The position numbers and the translations under genes are program-made. This document shows positions 19,476 to 29,329 of a DNA stretch of 64,000 nucleotides, piece by piece; position 1 is the first letter of the stretch; each line of letters starts with the position of its first letter. The notes under the pieces are model-generated. The model did no database searches. It saw only the letters and a program-made list of their open reading frames with translations, and was not told the DNA's origin. The stretch is taken from the IMG/VR virus record IMGVR_UViG_3300037116_000299, positions 150,301-214,300 of that record; one strand, given 5' to 3'.

Positions 19476-20402
19476 ATGTCCATCTCCTTCCCTACCGTAT
19501 CTCCCGACCAATGCCTGCTTACCTGTGGACTTGAGACGACTTCGTCTCAGGTCACTTCGTTCGTGGCGATGGGTCTGCCTGCGGACGCCGGTCCTACTCC
19601 GGCAGCCAGTGCGCCGGTGCTCGCCCCGCCAACAGCGCAGGACGCCGCGGCGCTCGCGGCTTACACCCCGTCGAAGACCAATACCCTCGACGGAAAGGGA
19701 ACGGTTGTAACGCCGCAGTGGAACCCCGGCGCCGCCGGCGCCTTCGACTATCCCACCGATGCGATCAATCACACTCCGAACCCAGGGCTGACCACGTCAG
19801 GGTCGAACTACGATGACATGACCTACACCGGGTCCGACCTGAAGGTCATGCTCGAGGTTGCAGGCAGCGGAAGCACTCCGGGATCGGTACGGCTGTCCAA
19901 GCGCCTGGCGGAGTTGACCACAATCACCGTCTCGGTCCATCGGGTCAAGTCCCCGGTACCTGCCTGCGGGTACATCAACACCAAGGGCTGGGCGCGCGGG
20001 CGGCGCACGATCGCCGGCACCATGGTCTTCACCAAGTTCCTGCAGGATGTGCTGGCCGAGTTTCTCACCTCCGCCGCCTTCACCTCCGATCTCTCCAAGG
20101 ATTCCCAGTACGTCAAGGTCGATCAGCTCCCGCCCTTCAATCTGACCTTCCTGTTCTCGAACGAGTACGGTCACCAGAGTTACCAGCGCCTGATCGGTGT
20201 TGAGTTCGTCACTTCGGGTGACGTCTACTCCATCCAGGACATGCTGAGCGAACAGACGGTCTCCTACGTCTGTGCCGACTTCACTCCTCTCCTCCCCATC
20301 TCCCAAAACAGTCAGCATGTAGCGGCAGCGTCCAACCCGATCACCGCTGCTCAGCGGACCGTGGCGGACGTGCTCAACGCCGCCGCAACACGGCAGGTCT
20401 AG
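19476..20402 (+). CDS. tail tube-fold paralog (tube initiator/baseplate-proximal candidate)
   Basis: YTGSDLKV...LTTITVSVHRVKSPV...RGRRTIAGTMVF aligns with tube motif of 18688-19386. Confidence 0.6.
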   Translation: MSISFPTVSPDQCLLTCGLETTSSQVTSFVAMGLPADAGPTPAASAPVLAPPTAQDAAALAAYTPSKTNTLDGKGTVVTPQWNPGAAGAFDYPTDAINHTPNPGLTTSGSNYDDMTYTGSDLKVMLEVAGSGSTPGSVRLSKRLAELTTITVSVHRVKSPVPACGYINTKGWARGRRTIAGTMVFTKFLQDVLAEFLTSAAFTSDLSKDSQYVKVDQLPPFNLTFLFSNEYGHQSYQRLIGVEFVTSGDVYSIQDMLSEQTVSYVCADFTPLLPISQNSQHVAAASNPITAAQRTVADVLNAAATRQV

Positions 20403-20404
20403 CC

Positions 20405-21922
20405 ATGGCCATTGCAACGATCCGATTCAAAGTCGTCAATCACGGCAACTTCCTTCCCGTTCAGGGAGCAACCGTGTCCAGTGGCGGCGCGTCCGCATCC
20501 ACGGCGAGCGACGGCACGACAACCCTGAAGGTGACCATCGGCTTGACCAACCAGTTCACGGTGGCGGCCCCTACCTATCTGACCAAGTCCGACTGGATCA
20601 CCTTTTCCGAGACCGACGTCAACACCCTCTATCTGGACCGCGATCCGAAGTATTTCGCCAACTGGACCAAGCTGGTTGACTCGAAGACCAACCAGCCGAT
20701 CGCCGGGGCGACGATCTACATCAACTCCAGCCGGGCCGGCACCTCGGATTCGACCGGCGCCGTGTGGGTCACCGGGCCTGTCGGCGCGGTATCCGTGCGC
20801 GTAACCGGCACCGGCTACGATTCCACCTTTCCTCAGACTGCGACCGGCCCCCAGGGATTCCCCGCACAACTCAGTGTGACGGCGACGCCGCCGTCGCCTC
20901 AGCACCTGACTCTGACGGCGGGCGCGGCTACTGCCGCAACCGCAGGCTGTACCCTGTTCTTCGCCACGGCAGCTGCCGGCGGCCCCGCTGCAGAACAGTT
21001 GACCTGCGCCAACGGGCAGGCCACGACAGCCAACACGTATCTCCCAGGTCAATACCTCGTCACTGCTTCCCAGACGGGTTATACCAGTTCGGACACGCCT
21101 CTCACCGTCACCGCGGGCGTCACCCAGTACGCGGTCCAGCCTCCAATCCTGGATGCGGCAGCTTCGAATGTAAAGGCAGGCGACGCTCAGAAGGTCCCCG
21201 CGAACGGAGGATCCGTCTCCGCCGGGCCGACAACCGCGTCAAGCGGGATTGCGACTCTGACCTCGACCCCTCCGGACTACGAGTGGATCTACCCGAACTC
21301 CCAGGATGGGAAGTATTTCACCGCCACCCAGGCGCGCATCTACGTGGGCAACCTCTTTATGGACGAGCTGGTGCAGATCCAGTTCACCTACCAGGGCAAC
21401 CGGATCCCCATCTACGGCTACAGTTCTGAACTGGCCGACGGCTTTGGAACCGGCAGGCGTTTGGTACAAGGCCAGCTCGCGCTTAACTTTGTCACTGAAG
21501 GCTACCTGTACACCGTCTTGAAAGAGTTCGCCAAGATGGCAAGCAACCGACCCGCGTCGGTGCAGGATGCCAACATCGCCGATCTGACAACCACCGTCCA
21601 GCAGTACCAGACCCTGGCTGCACAGAAGGACGATCAGACCGACCAGCTGCAGGCACTTTCCATCAAGATCCAGTCGCTGGCCGATTCACTTGGGCCCAGC
21701 GGACTCGATCTTTACACTGCGGGCCGGACCGTCTCGACGCAGAGTAAGTCGCCCCTCGCACTGTCCATCCCGTTCGACATCCGGTTTGAATTGACCGGCG
21801 CTGGTCGTACGGTAACGAAGATCATCCGGAATTGTCTGCTGACCGCGAACGATCAGGTCTATGACCAATCCGGCTCAACCTTGCTTGACGCCTATGGCTT
21901 CGTTGCACGAAGCCTGGACTAA
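20405..21922 (+). CDS. tube-fold domain fused to N-terminal beta-sandwich repeats
   Basis: N-terminal PVQGATV...TASDG and PIAGATI...TSDSTG carboxypeptidase-regulatory-like repeats; C-terminal YFTATQARIY...IQFTYQGNRIPIYGY...GRRLVQGQLAL tube-like motif. Confidence 0.55.
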   Translation: MAIATIRFKVVNHGNFLPVQGATVSSGGASASTASDGTTTLKVTIGLTNQFTVAAPTYLTKSDWITFSETDVNTLYLDRDPKYFANWTKLVDSKTNQPIAGATIYINSSRAGTSDSTGAVWVTGPVGAVSVRVTGTGYDSTFPQTATGPQGFPAQLSVTATPPSPQHLTLTAGAATAATAGCTLFFATAAAGGPAAEQLTCANGQATTANTYLPGQYLVTASQTGYTSSDTPLTVTAGVTQYAVQPPILDAAASNVKAGDAQKVPANGGSVSAGPTTASSGIATLTSTPPDYEWIYPNSQDGKYFTATQARIYVGNLFMDELVQIQFTYQGNRIPIYGYSSELADGFGTGRRLVQGQLALNFVTEGYLYTVLKEFAKMASNRPASVQDANIADLTTTVQQYQTLAAQKDDQTDQLQALSIKIQSLADSLGPSGLDLYTAGRTVSTQSKSPLALSIPFDIRFELTGAGRTVTKIIRNCLLTANDQVYDQSGSTLLDAYGFVARSLD

Positions 21923-21933
21923 CAGGAGTTTCT

Positions 21934-22377
21934 ATGGCAGAACAGACCGCAGACCAGACCGCAGACCAGGGAGCCCCGATCACCCCTTTCGAGTTCCTCC
22001 AGGGTTTCGCCGGCGCGCCCAACCAAGCCGACATTGACAGTCTGAAGGCGCAAGCCCCAGGGGGACGCATCCGCCTCTTCCATTCCACCGACGCCAAGCG
22101 CGTGTACCTGATGCGCGGGATCTCCGCGATCGAACTGGTGCAGGTGCAGAACCTCATCCCCGCAGGCATCCACCCGGACAAACTGTCCGGAGTGATGCAG
22201 ACCACGGTTGCCATCAAATGTTGCGCGTGGACCAGCGAAACCGCCGACCACAAGCTCAGCGATCTGGCATTGCAGGCCGCCGGCGCGGGTCTCACCGGGA
22301 CGCTTCACGAGATCGTCTGCCAGCTCTCCGACTACATGGATCCGGCGACCATCGACCGCTGCAGCGCGGACCTGTAA
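21934..22377 (+). CDS. putative tail assembly chaperone 1
   Basis: AGGAG SD; 147 aa; lies between tube genes and tape-measure-position gene. Confidence 0.5.
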   Translation: MAEQTADQTADQGAPITPFEFLQGFAGAPNQADIDSLKAQAPGGRIRLFHSTDAKRVYLMRGISAIELVQVQNLIPAGIHPDKLSGVMQTTVAIKCCAWTSETADHKLSDLALQAAGAGLTGTLHEIVCQLSDYMDPATIDRCSADL

Positions 22378-22389
22378 GAGGAGGTCCTT

Positions 22390-23067
22390 GTGCAGGTATT
22401 TAGCGCTCAGTGGGCAAGCGGCCGCTACGCCAAGTGGCGGTCGCTGACCTGGGCAGAGTTCCGGCGGTTCGAAGATCGACTCCGTTACGAAAGCCCGATG
22501 CAGGTGTACGTCGACCTGTACCGGGCTGTCGTGATTCAGGGTCCTCCCTTGGAAGGCGATCCCATCTTCCAGGCCCCCGCGGGTCTGGTCGAGTTCGTCG
22601 CCCATTCGATGCTGGACTCCAATCCGTTCGGCGGCGAGTACACCTCCGTCAAGAACGCGATGGAGCAGAAGCGCACCGAGCTGAAGCAGAACTTCCTCTC
22701 CGCCAGCAAAGCCATCATCGCCGGGATCTTCCGCTACACCTTCGAGGAGATCGAGCAGTGGGATGCCGAGATGTTCTTTGAGCGCCTGGCTGCCGCCGAG
22801 TTTGTCTCCGGCCGCAAGGTAGAACCCGGCAATCCCAATCGCAAGGGCCGCCGCGGCCCCCAGAAGAAAGACTTGACCGCAGCACAGGAGCAAGTTGTCC
22901 AGCGTGTCGCGCAACGCGATCCGCGCATGCCGATGCCGGCCGAGGAATCCAGCTACGACCCCACCGCAAACTCAGAGGACGATCAGCCTCGTATGACCAA
23001 GCGACCCCTGACCCCTGCACAGGAGCAAGTCGCCGATCGGGTCCGCAAACAACGCATGGGAAGGTAG
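22390..23067 (+). CDS. putative tail assembly chaperone 2
   Basis: Own GAGGAGG SD and GTG start; position typical of the second chaperone. Confidence 0.45.
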   Translation: MQVFSAQWASGRYAKWRSLTWAEFRRFEDRLRYESPMQVYVDLYRAVVIQGPPLEGDPIFQAPAGLVEFVAHSMLDSNPFGGEYTSVKNAMEQKRTELKQNFLSASKAIIAGIFRYTFEEIEQWDAEMFFERLAAAEFVSGRKVEPGNPNRKGRRGPQKKDLTAAQEQVVQRVAQRDPRMPMPAEESSYDPTANSEDDQPRMTKRPLTPAQEQVADRVRKQRMGR

Positions 23068-23070
23068 TCC

Positions 23071-26000
23071 GTGCCCAATCCATTCATCGTATTCGATCTC
23101 GAGGCCAGCTCCTTCAACACGGGGCTGGCCAATTCGTTTCTGAATGGAGACGGCCGCGGCGCTGACTTGATTCAGGAGTTCGTCCGCACTAGTTCCGACC
23201 CTTCCCGTCTGCAACAGCATCCCCTCTTCCAAGCTCACCAGCGTTCCCAGATTCTGCAGGTCTACGCAACCGGCGGCGCCTTTCAAGGCGGCGACGAAGG
23301 ATGGGTACGTCCGTTCGACGAGATGCGCCGGTTCAACCGGCCGATCGGGAATTCACTCTACGATGAGAGCGACTTTGCCCTCCGTCATTCCCTGCTCTCG
23401 AAGGCACAGGGAGGCCGCAACTATGAAGCCCAGCGCGTCGAGCAACTGTACCAGGGAATCTCGGACTCGATCCGGTCCCATGGCAAGGCAGTCCTCGGTG
23501 GGCACAACATCGGGTCTTATGACTTGTGGAGGCTCGAGTACGCCACCTATCAGCACGACTCCCTGCGGAATCGCCGCGGGTGGCTGGCGGACCAGGTGCG
23601 CACGGGCCGTCTCATGTTGCGGGACAGCGACGCCGAACTGCTCGGAGCTGCCTCGGCGTTTGCCCGCCAGGATGCAGACTTTGCCGCCCATCACTTGAAG
23701 GGTGCGACCGACGTGGCTTCGGCCAAGTGGGTCTCCGGTCACAACCTGACCAACATCACCGAGGCAATGGGCTATCGCAACACCAATGCCCACAATGCCC
23801 TGGATGACACCCTCGGGAATGTGGCGTTCTTCGGGGACATCGATTCGGGGAAGGCCTTCACGCCGGAATCACTGCGTTCGATCTTCCCCCGCCAGGCTGC
23901 CGCTGCCACGCGCGAAGCCGCGCCGCTCCGGGCTACCGTGGCTGAAGCTGCAACGGAAGCGCGTTCTCTCTTCACCGGCGGAGAGAAGAAGTTCCTCATC
24001 GGCGCCGCCGTCGCCGCCGCCGCCGCCGCCGTAGGCTCTCTGATTGCGCACTCTACCCGCCGCGATCGCCAGACCCAAATCACAGGTCTTGGCGAGACCG
24101 GCATGGGCGCGCAGGGCCGCCACAGACTCACGGACTTCGGCTCTGGCTACCAGGGCCTCTCCACCTCCCCCAATCCCTTCCAGCTCGAGTCTGAGGCCGC
24201 CTACAACCCCCTGGTGCGCGCACTGGGTGTAGGCGTCACCGGCTCTGCGCTCTACGGCGCCCATCGCTACATGCTGGCGACGAGCCCGAACTATGCCAAG
24301 CGCCTCCACGGTGCTGCGCTCAAGTTCGAGCAGTATTCCCCCATGCACCTGGGGCGCACCTTCGCTGCCAGCGAACGGTTCTCGTCCTACCTGCCCAGCA
24401 AGCTGGTATTCACCCGCGGGATGCTGACCAATGACGACGGCACCCTCAATGAGGTGGGCCAGACCTTCGATCGTCAGTTCTCAGCAGCCGGACACAAGTT
24501 TGATTTCCTGAATGAGGTCACCGAAGACAATCCCCTGGTCTTCGAAGGCCGCCGCCGGGCGGGCTCCGGATCCCTGCAACTCCAGGGGCGCGGCATCGAC
24601 ATCGAGACCCGGTTCGTCCCCTCCGAGGGACGTCTGGCGGGAACCGCCGCGCGGCTTGACCAGGCGTTGGTCAACCATCCGATTCGCAGGTCGCAGGCTC
24701 AGAGTTCAGTCAAGCAGGCCTGGGGTGATTTCCAGGCAGTCCGCCGATCCCAGCGAATCTCGAATGCATCTCCCTGGTCTGAAGTCGCTAGTGCTGAAAA
24801 GCTGTATCGGCCTTTCTATACCCAGGGGCATGTCGCCGATCCTGCCGACGAGCTGTTCTCCCAGGCCCGCAATGCATGGACCCGTCTTCGGGTAGAGGGG
24901 CTCGAGGCGACCGAGCGTACCCAGAGACTCTTCGCGGAAGCAGGGTTCGGACTGAAGGCAGGTACCTGGAACAAAGCAGCTCATCTCCCCTTTGTCGGGG
25001 AAGGCGGCATGCTCAACCAGATGCTCACCAAGCGCGTCGCGCCTCTGGTGCTTGCAGCCACTGCGCTGGGCTGGCTGGACTATAAGCTGGGGCATCCAAG
25101 CAACAAGATCGTCGATCTTGGCCTGAAGGCCAATGTCCTGCGCGCCGACCTGACCGATATGGTCCCCGGCGCCCGCGGCGTCACTGACTTCTACGACAAG
25201 GTCACCCCGGGATCGCAGTACGGCCCGTTGGCGTTGCCCCTGGCCGGCGCTTTCTTTGGAGGTGTCTACCACTACGGCAAACTCCTCGGCGGCAAGTACG
25301 CCGATGAGGCAGCCAGGACCCTCGGGGCTCGTATCCTCCCTGAGATGAAGGGCCTGCGCAACTTCACCGCTAAGGGTGGCAAGTTGGTTTCCGTCGAAGG
25401 AGCTTCCGCTATCTGGAAGTCTCTCGGCGCGCCGGGCAAGGGCGCTGCCATCGGCCTGGCTGCCATGGCTCTGTTCGTGCCCGGCATGCTTGGGTCCCGT
25501 AAGAGCGGCGCCGATCTGCGCGACATCTACTCCGGCAGCGAACCGATTCCAATCAGGTCCGGCCGCTGGTGGGAAGTCGGCTCAACACCCTACGAAGGCG
25601 GACGCATCAAGGAGTGGCGTCCCCACTGGAGCGTGCTGCGCAAGAGTCATGCAGAAGACATCTCGCTCTACGGATCCGAGAAGGATAAGTGGAAGCACAA
25701 TCCCATCCTGCATCCGCTGAAGTATGCCCGCGATCCCTACTGGCTTGAGAAGCAGCATTACTACGATCGACCGTACCCGGTTGCGTCCCCGGCGTTCTCC
25801 AATGTTCCCTTGATCGGCCCGCTGCTCGCCGCGACCGTCGGCAAGTTGGTCAAACCGCCTGTGCGCATGCATGAAGAGAACTGGAATGGAGAGGATTACA
25901 CCCTCTACTCAACCCGTCTGGAACCGAAGGGCCCAGGCGCGGTCGCGCCGCCCCGTCCGGAAGACGAGTTCACCCTCAGACATGCCCTCAAGCAGGAAGT

Positions 26001-28101
26001 AGGTATCCTGGCCGAGTACACCGGACTCTACGGATTCATCGCCAGCAGCGCCTACCAGGCCATCTTCCCAGGTGTGAACCAGGGCAAGGACGTCTACTTC
26101 CAGGGCTCCCGTCAGATGGACAATTTCTCCCGCCGCTACTACGAGCGGGAGCTGGGCGCCGGCATCGCGCCGTCTCCCTCGATGAAGGAACACTTCGGAT
26201 ACACCGAGCCCTTCCGCCGATTTGTCCAGCGGGAAGACTTCTCTCCCCAGGCCAACCCACTGCGCAACCAGATGCCTGGCTGGCTGCCCGGAGCCGACTA
26301 CCTCACCAACTTCCAAATCGGCGATCCCTTCACCAAGGTCGACGAGGGCTATGCCCGCCTGCCTGGCGCCGGCTACGAGGCCCTGCATCCAGAGTTGAAG
26401 GGACTCAAGCCCGAAGACTACCCCGACATCAACAAGCTGGCCATCCTGGGTGACGTAGCCCCGTACTCGCGCGAGTACAACATCTTCCGTTCGAAGGTAG
26501 GCGCCGACTCCGCCGACAACACCGAGCTGCGCATCGAGTACGAGAAGATCCTCGACCGCGTCCGGCAGACCAGGGAGTCCGTCATCCGGATGGACGCTCG
26601 TCGCTTCACCGAGCCTGTCGCTGAGCTTGAAGGCACCGTCGAAACGGCGACGCCCGGCGGAGTCACCCTCAAGGAACACCCCGGACAACTCTTCCAGTTC
26701 TCGTCCGTGAGCATGAGTGCCGCCAGCATGTCGGCGAGCATTCTCGGCGAGCACAACAATCTGACCCGCGCGGAAGTTGCCGGACAGGTTGACGAGCGCC
26801 ATCAGAAACTGCAGGACTACCTGGCTGGGATGGTTGGATCCAAAGCCCACCTGACAGTCCCCGATGGAACACTCGGCCGGGCGGAGCGCGCACGAGCCGT
26901 CATCGAAGTCGATGGCAAGAACCTCAACCGGGAACTGATCGACCAGGGTTACGGCCAGTATCAAGAACGCCTGGGCGGAGCTGAAGCGCAGGAGATGTTC
27001 GGCGCCGCCGGCAAGACCATGGGCTCGATCGCTGAGGCCCTCGCCTTCCAGGGCGACTCCGGCCGGCTCAACCCGATGCGCTACATCCCCACACCAGGCC
27101 ACACCAAGGCCTGGCAGGAGCGCACGCCACTCGCCCAGTACATGACCAACGAGGTTGTTGGCACCCGCATGCGGCGGTGGGAACGGCCCATCCATGACTT
27201 CCTCATGCCTTACGCACGAGGCGCCTGGCAGCGGATGAGCGGTAAAGCTCTCATTCCTGAGGATGTACAGGTTCGGCGGGATCTGAACACCCTGGGCGAC
27301 ACCATGCAATATCTCCGCGGACTCAATGCGGAGACCTCGGGGACCTATACTAATAAGAAGCAGAGGACTTCTGTCGGGGCCAACCTGTTTGCCGCGTCGA
27401 CGTTTGTAGCTTCTACCCTTCCCGCCCGCGAATCCCATTACTTCCGCCAGTTCCTCAACGAGACGGATCCCGAGAAGCGGGCCTCGATTCTCGAAGTGGC
27501 TTCGACCGAGATGCAGCGCGCCCTTTCCGCGCAGTGGGTCGCTCAGGAAGCTCGCATTCAGGTAGCCAACGGCGAAGACCCTGGCCCGATCGGCGAAGGC
27601 GGCCGGCTCTACACCCAGGCCAACGTCGAGGACTACAAGAAAACCGACACCAGTCTGGACTACGGCAATTGGTTGCGATCCAAGGAGATCGCCGACTTCT
27701 TCTCCCGCACCGGGTTTGCTCTTCCCGAACAAGGATCAGCTGCATACGACGAAGCTTTGGATTATGAGGACGTCAAGCTGAAACTGATTCAACAGGAAGG
27801 GTACGACTCCCATGACTTCAACATCTTCGATGACCGGGCAGCCATGCTGTGGCGCAAGCCGTATGTGGATGGCGCTGTCCGCGAACTCACCAGTGGTGAC
27901 GATCGTTCCCCAGAACAGTTGCGGCGGGCGGTCGAACAGCTGATGACAGCCTCACACGACGCAAGATCGGATGTTCGAACTGCGGTACACGCAAGCCACA
28001 CGAATCGCGCGAGCATTCGAGTGGATGTATCTGTCGACGAGAGCGACGCACTGGTGAGAGACATTCGCCGCAACCCCGACAAGTATGCGCAGGAGACGTA
28101 A
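23071..28101 (+). CDS. tape-measure-position giant protein (1676 aa) with N-terminal DEDDh 3'-5' exonuclease domain
   Basis: ExoI FDLE (D9,E11), ExoII GHNIGSYD (D151), ExoIII HNALDD (H241,D246); several hydrophobic helices; degenerate SNase-like segment near 26620-26970. Confidence 0.7.
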   Translation: MPNPFIVFDLEASSFNTGLANSFLNGDGRGADLIQEFVRTSSDPSRLQQHPLFQAHQRSQILQVYATGGAFQGGDEGWVRPFDEMRRFNRPIGNSLYDESDFALRHSLLSKAQGGRNYEAQRVEQLYQGISDSIRSHGKAVLGGHNIGSYDLWRLEYATYQHDSLRNRRGWLADQVRTGRLMLRDSDAELLGAASAFARQDADFAAHHLKGATDVASAKWVSGHNLTNITEAMGYRNTNAHNALDDTLGNVAFFGDIDSGKAFTPESLRSIFPRQAAAATREAAPLRATVAEAATEARSLFTGGEKKFLIGAAVAAAAAAVGSLIAHSTRRDRQTQITGLGETGMGAQGRHRLTDFGSGYQGLSTSPNPFQLESEAAYNPLVRALGVGVTGSALYGAHRYMLATSPNYAKRLHGAALKFEQYSPMHLGRTFAASERFSSYLPSKLVFTRGMLTNDDGTLNEVGQTFDRQFSAAGHKFDFLNEVTEDNPLVFEGRRRAGSGSLQLQGRGIDIETRFVPSEGRLAGTAARLDQALVNHPIRRSQAQSSVKQAWGDFQAVRRSQRISNASPWSEVASAEKLYRPFYTQGHVADPADELFSQARNAWTRLRVEGLEATERTQRLFAEAGFGLKAGTWNKAAHLPFVGEGGMLNQMLTKRVAPLVLAATALGWLDYKLGHPSNKIVDLGLKANVLRADLTDMVPGARGVTDFYDKVTPGSQYGPLALPLAGAFFGGVYHYGKLLGGKYADEAARTLGARILPEMKGLRNFTAKGGKLVSVEGASAIWKSLGAPGKGAAIGLAAMALFVPGMLGSRKSGADLRDIYSGSEPIPIRSGRWWEVGSTPYEGGRIKEWRPHWSVLRKSHAEDISLYGSEKDKWKHNPILHPLKYARDPYWLEKQHYYDRPYPVASPAFSNVPLIGPLLAATVGKLVKPPVRMHEENWNGEDYTLYSTRLEPKGPGAVAPPRPEDEFTLRHALKQEVGILAEYTGLYGFIASSAYQAIFPGVNQGKDVYFQGSRQMDNFSRRYYERELGAGIAPSPSMKEHFGYTEPFRRFVQREDFSPQANPLRNQMPGWLPGADYLTNFQIGDPFTKVDEGYARLPGAGYEALHPELKGLKPEDYPDINKLAILGDVAPYSREYNIFRSKVGADSADNTELRIEYEKILDRVRQTRESVIRMDARRFTEPVAELEGTVETATPGGVTLKEHPGQLFQFSSVSMSAASMSASILGEHNNLTRAEVAGQVDERHQKLQDYLAGMVGSKAHLTVPDGTLGRAERARAVIEVDGKNLNRELIDQGYGQYQERLGGAEAQEMFGAAGKTMGSIAEALAFQGDSGRLNPMRYIPTPGHTKAWQERTPLAQYMTNEVVGTRMRRWERPIHDFLMPYARGAWQRMSGKALIPEDVQVRRDLNTLGDTMQYLRGLNAETSGTYTNKKQRTSVGANLFAASTFVASTLPARESHYFRQFLNETDPEKRASILEVASTEMQRALSAQWVAQEARIQVANGEDPGPIGEGGRLYTQANVEDYKKTDTSLDYGNWLRSKEIADFFSRTGFALPEQGSAAYDEALDYEDVKLKLIQQEGYDSHDFNIFDDRAAMLWRKPYVDGAVRELTSGDDRSPEQLRRAVEQLMTASHDARSDVRTAVHASHTNRASIRVDVSVDESDALVRDIRRNPDKYAQET

Positions 28102-29171
28102 TGCAACCGCACAGCATCACCCTTGACCCCGAGCTGCACAGCGTTGATATCCGCGAGATTGAACGTCGCCTGAAAGAAAGGGTGGCTGGTCAAGATCCGG
28201 CCATTTCACAGTTGGTGGGCTTGCTCGAAACCTACTTTGCCGGCTACAACGACCCTAATGCTCCTGTGGGCGTGGTGCTTGCCCTGGGCCCGTCCGGGAC
28301 CGGCAAGACCAGTCTGATCGAAGCTCTGTGCGAGATACTCTACGACAACCCCAAGGCGCATGTTCGGATGAACTGCGCGGACTTCAAGGAGTCCCAACAG
28401 ACCCAGCGGATTGTCGGAGCGCCTCCGGGCTACATCGGTTTCAAGGACAAGTCGATCGAGACGTATTTGACCCAGGAGAATCTGGACCGCCATCACACGG
28501 CGAAGATGAAGCTCAGCGTCGTCCTGCTGGACGAGATCGAGGAAGCTCATAGCGCCCTCTATGACTACCTGCTGGCCGTATTCAATGACGGCGAAGGCAT
28601 GGTCAGCGGCAAGCTGGTCAACTTCCGCAACACCCTGTTTGTCATGACCTCGAACCTGGGGACCTCCACGAAGTCCAGCCTGCTTGGCTTTACGGCCGAC
28701 CAGGTCGCCGCCCATAACCACCAGAACGAAGCATCGATCCGCAAGGCAGTGCAGGAGCATTTCAAGTTCAAGTTCCTGAACCGCATCGACGAAACCATGA
28801 TCTTCGAGGCGCTGTCCAAAGAGACCATCGACCTGATCTTCGACATGCAGGTGTGCCAGATCCGCCGCAGGCTTCTGATCTCGAAGCAACCCGGTCCGCA
28901 GTACGTGTTCAAGATCCAGGACGATGCCCGCCAGGAGCTGGTCCGCCGCGGCTTTGACATCAAGTTTGGAGCCCGTCCCCTGAAGCGTGTCCTCCGCCGG
29001 GTCATTACCGACAAGCTGGCGGCTCTGATGCGCAGCGGCCAGGTGGAACACGGCGACCTGGTGGTGATCGATTACACCGGCATTCGCTTCATCTACGAGA
29101 AATACAACGGTGACGAAATCGGCCAGCTCTCGGACCCGCAATGGGCCGAGTTCAGCAGGATCATCGACTAG
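28101..29171 (+). CDS. stand-alone ClpA/B/C D2-type AAA+ ATPase
   Basis: VAGQD, Walker A GPSGTGKT, pore loop GAPPGYIG, Walker B LLDEIE, sensor-1 TSN, Arg finger NRID, sensor-2 GARPL; no D1 or N-domain. Confidence 0.9.
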   Translation: MQPHSITLDPELHSVDIREIERRLKERVAGQDPAISQLVGLLETYFAGYNDPNAPVGVVLALGPSGTGKTSLIEALCEILYDNPKAHVRMNCADFKESQQTQRIVGAPPGYIGFKDKSIETYLTQENLDRHHTAKMKLSVVLLDEIEEAHSALYDYLLAVFNDGEGMVSGKLVNFRNTLFVMTSNLGTSTKSSLLGFTADQVAAHNHQNEASIRKAVQEHFKFKFLNRIDETMIFEALSKETIDLIFDMQVCQIRRRLLISKQPGPQYVFKIQDDARQELVRRGFDIKFGARPLKRVLRRVITDKLAALMRSGQVEHGDLVVIDYTGIRFIYEKYNGDEIGQLSDPQWAEFSRIID

Positions 29172-29329
29172 ACCTTTGATAGATGCGGCGGAACAGCGAT
29201 GCTGTTCTAGCCACCAAGGCTCCCACCGGGCGGACGAGTAACTCACCTGGACTTCCGCGATAGCACCCTGCCGTCCTCACCTGTGCTCCCCACCTCGCTC
29301 GGAAGCGTCCGCCCACCCCTCTCCCTCCC

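Noticed and set aside
21934-23067. Programmed frameshift between tail assembly chaperones
   Set aside because: No clear slippery heptamer near the first stop, and the second ORF has its own strong SD (GAGGAGG) and GTG start.
28101-29171. Broken host clpB gene
   Set aside because: It has its own start overlapping the upstream stop, all motor motifs are intact, no D1 remnant is adjacent, and it has an LGF loop that ClpB lacks.
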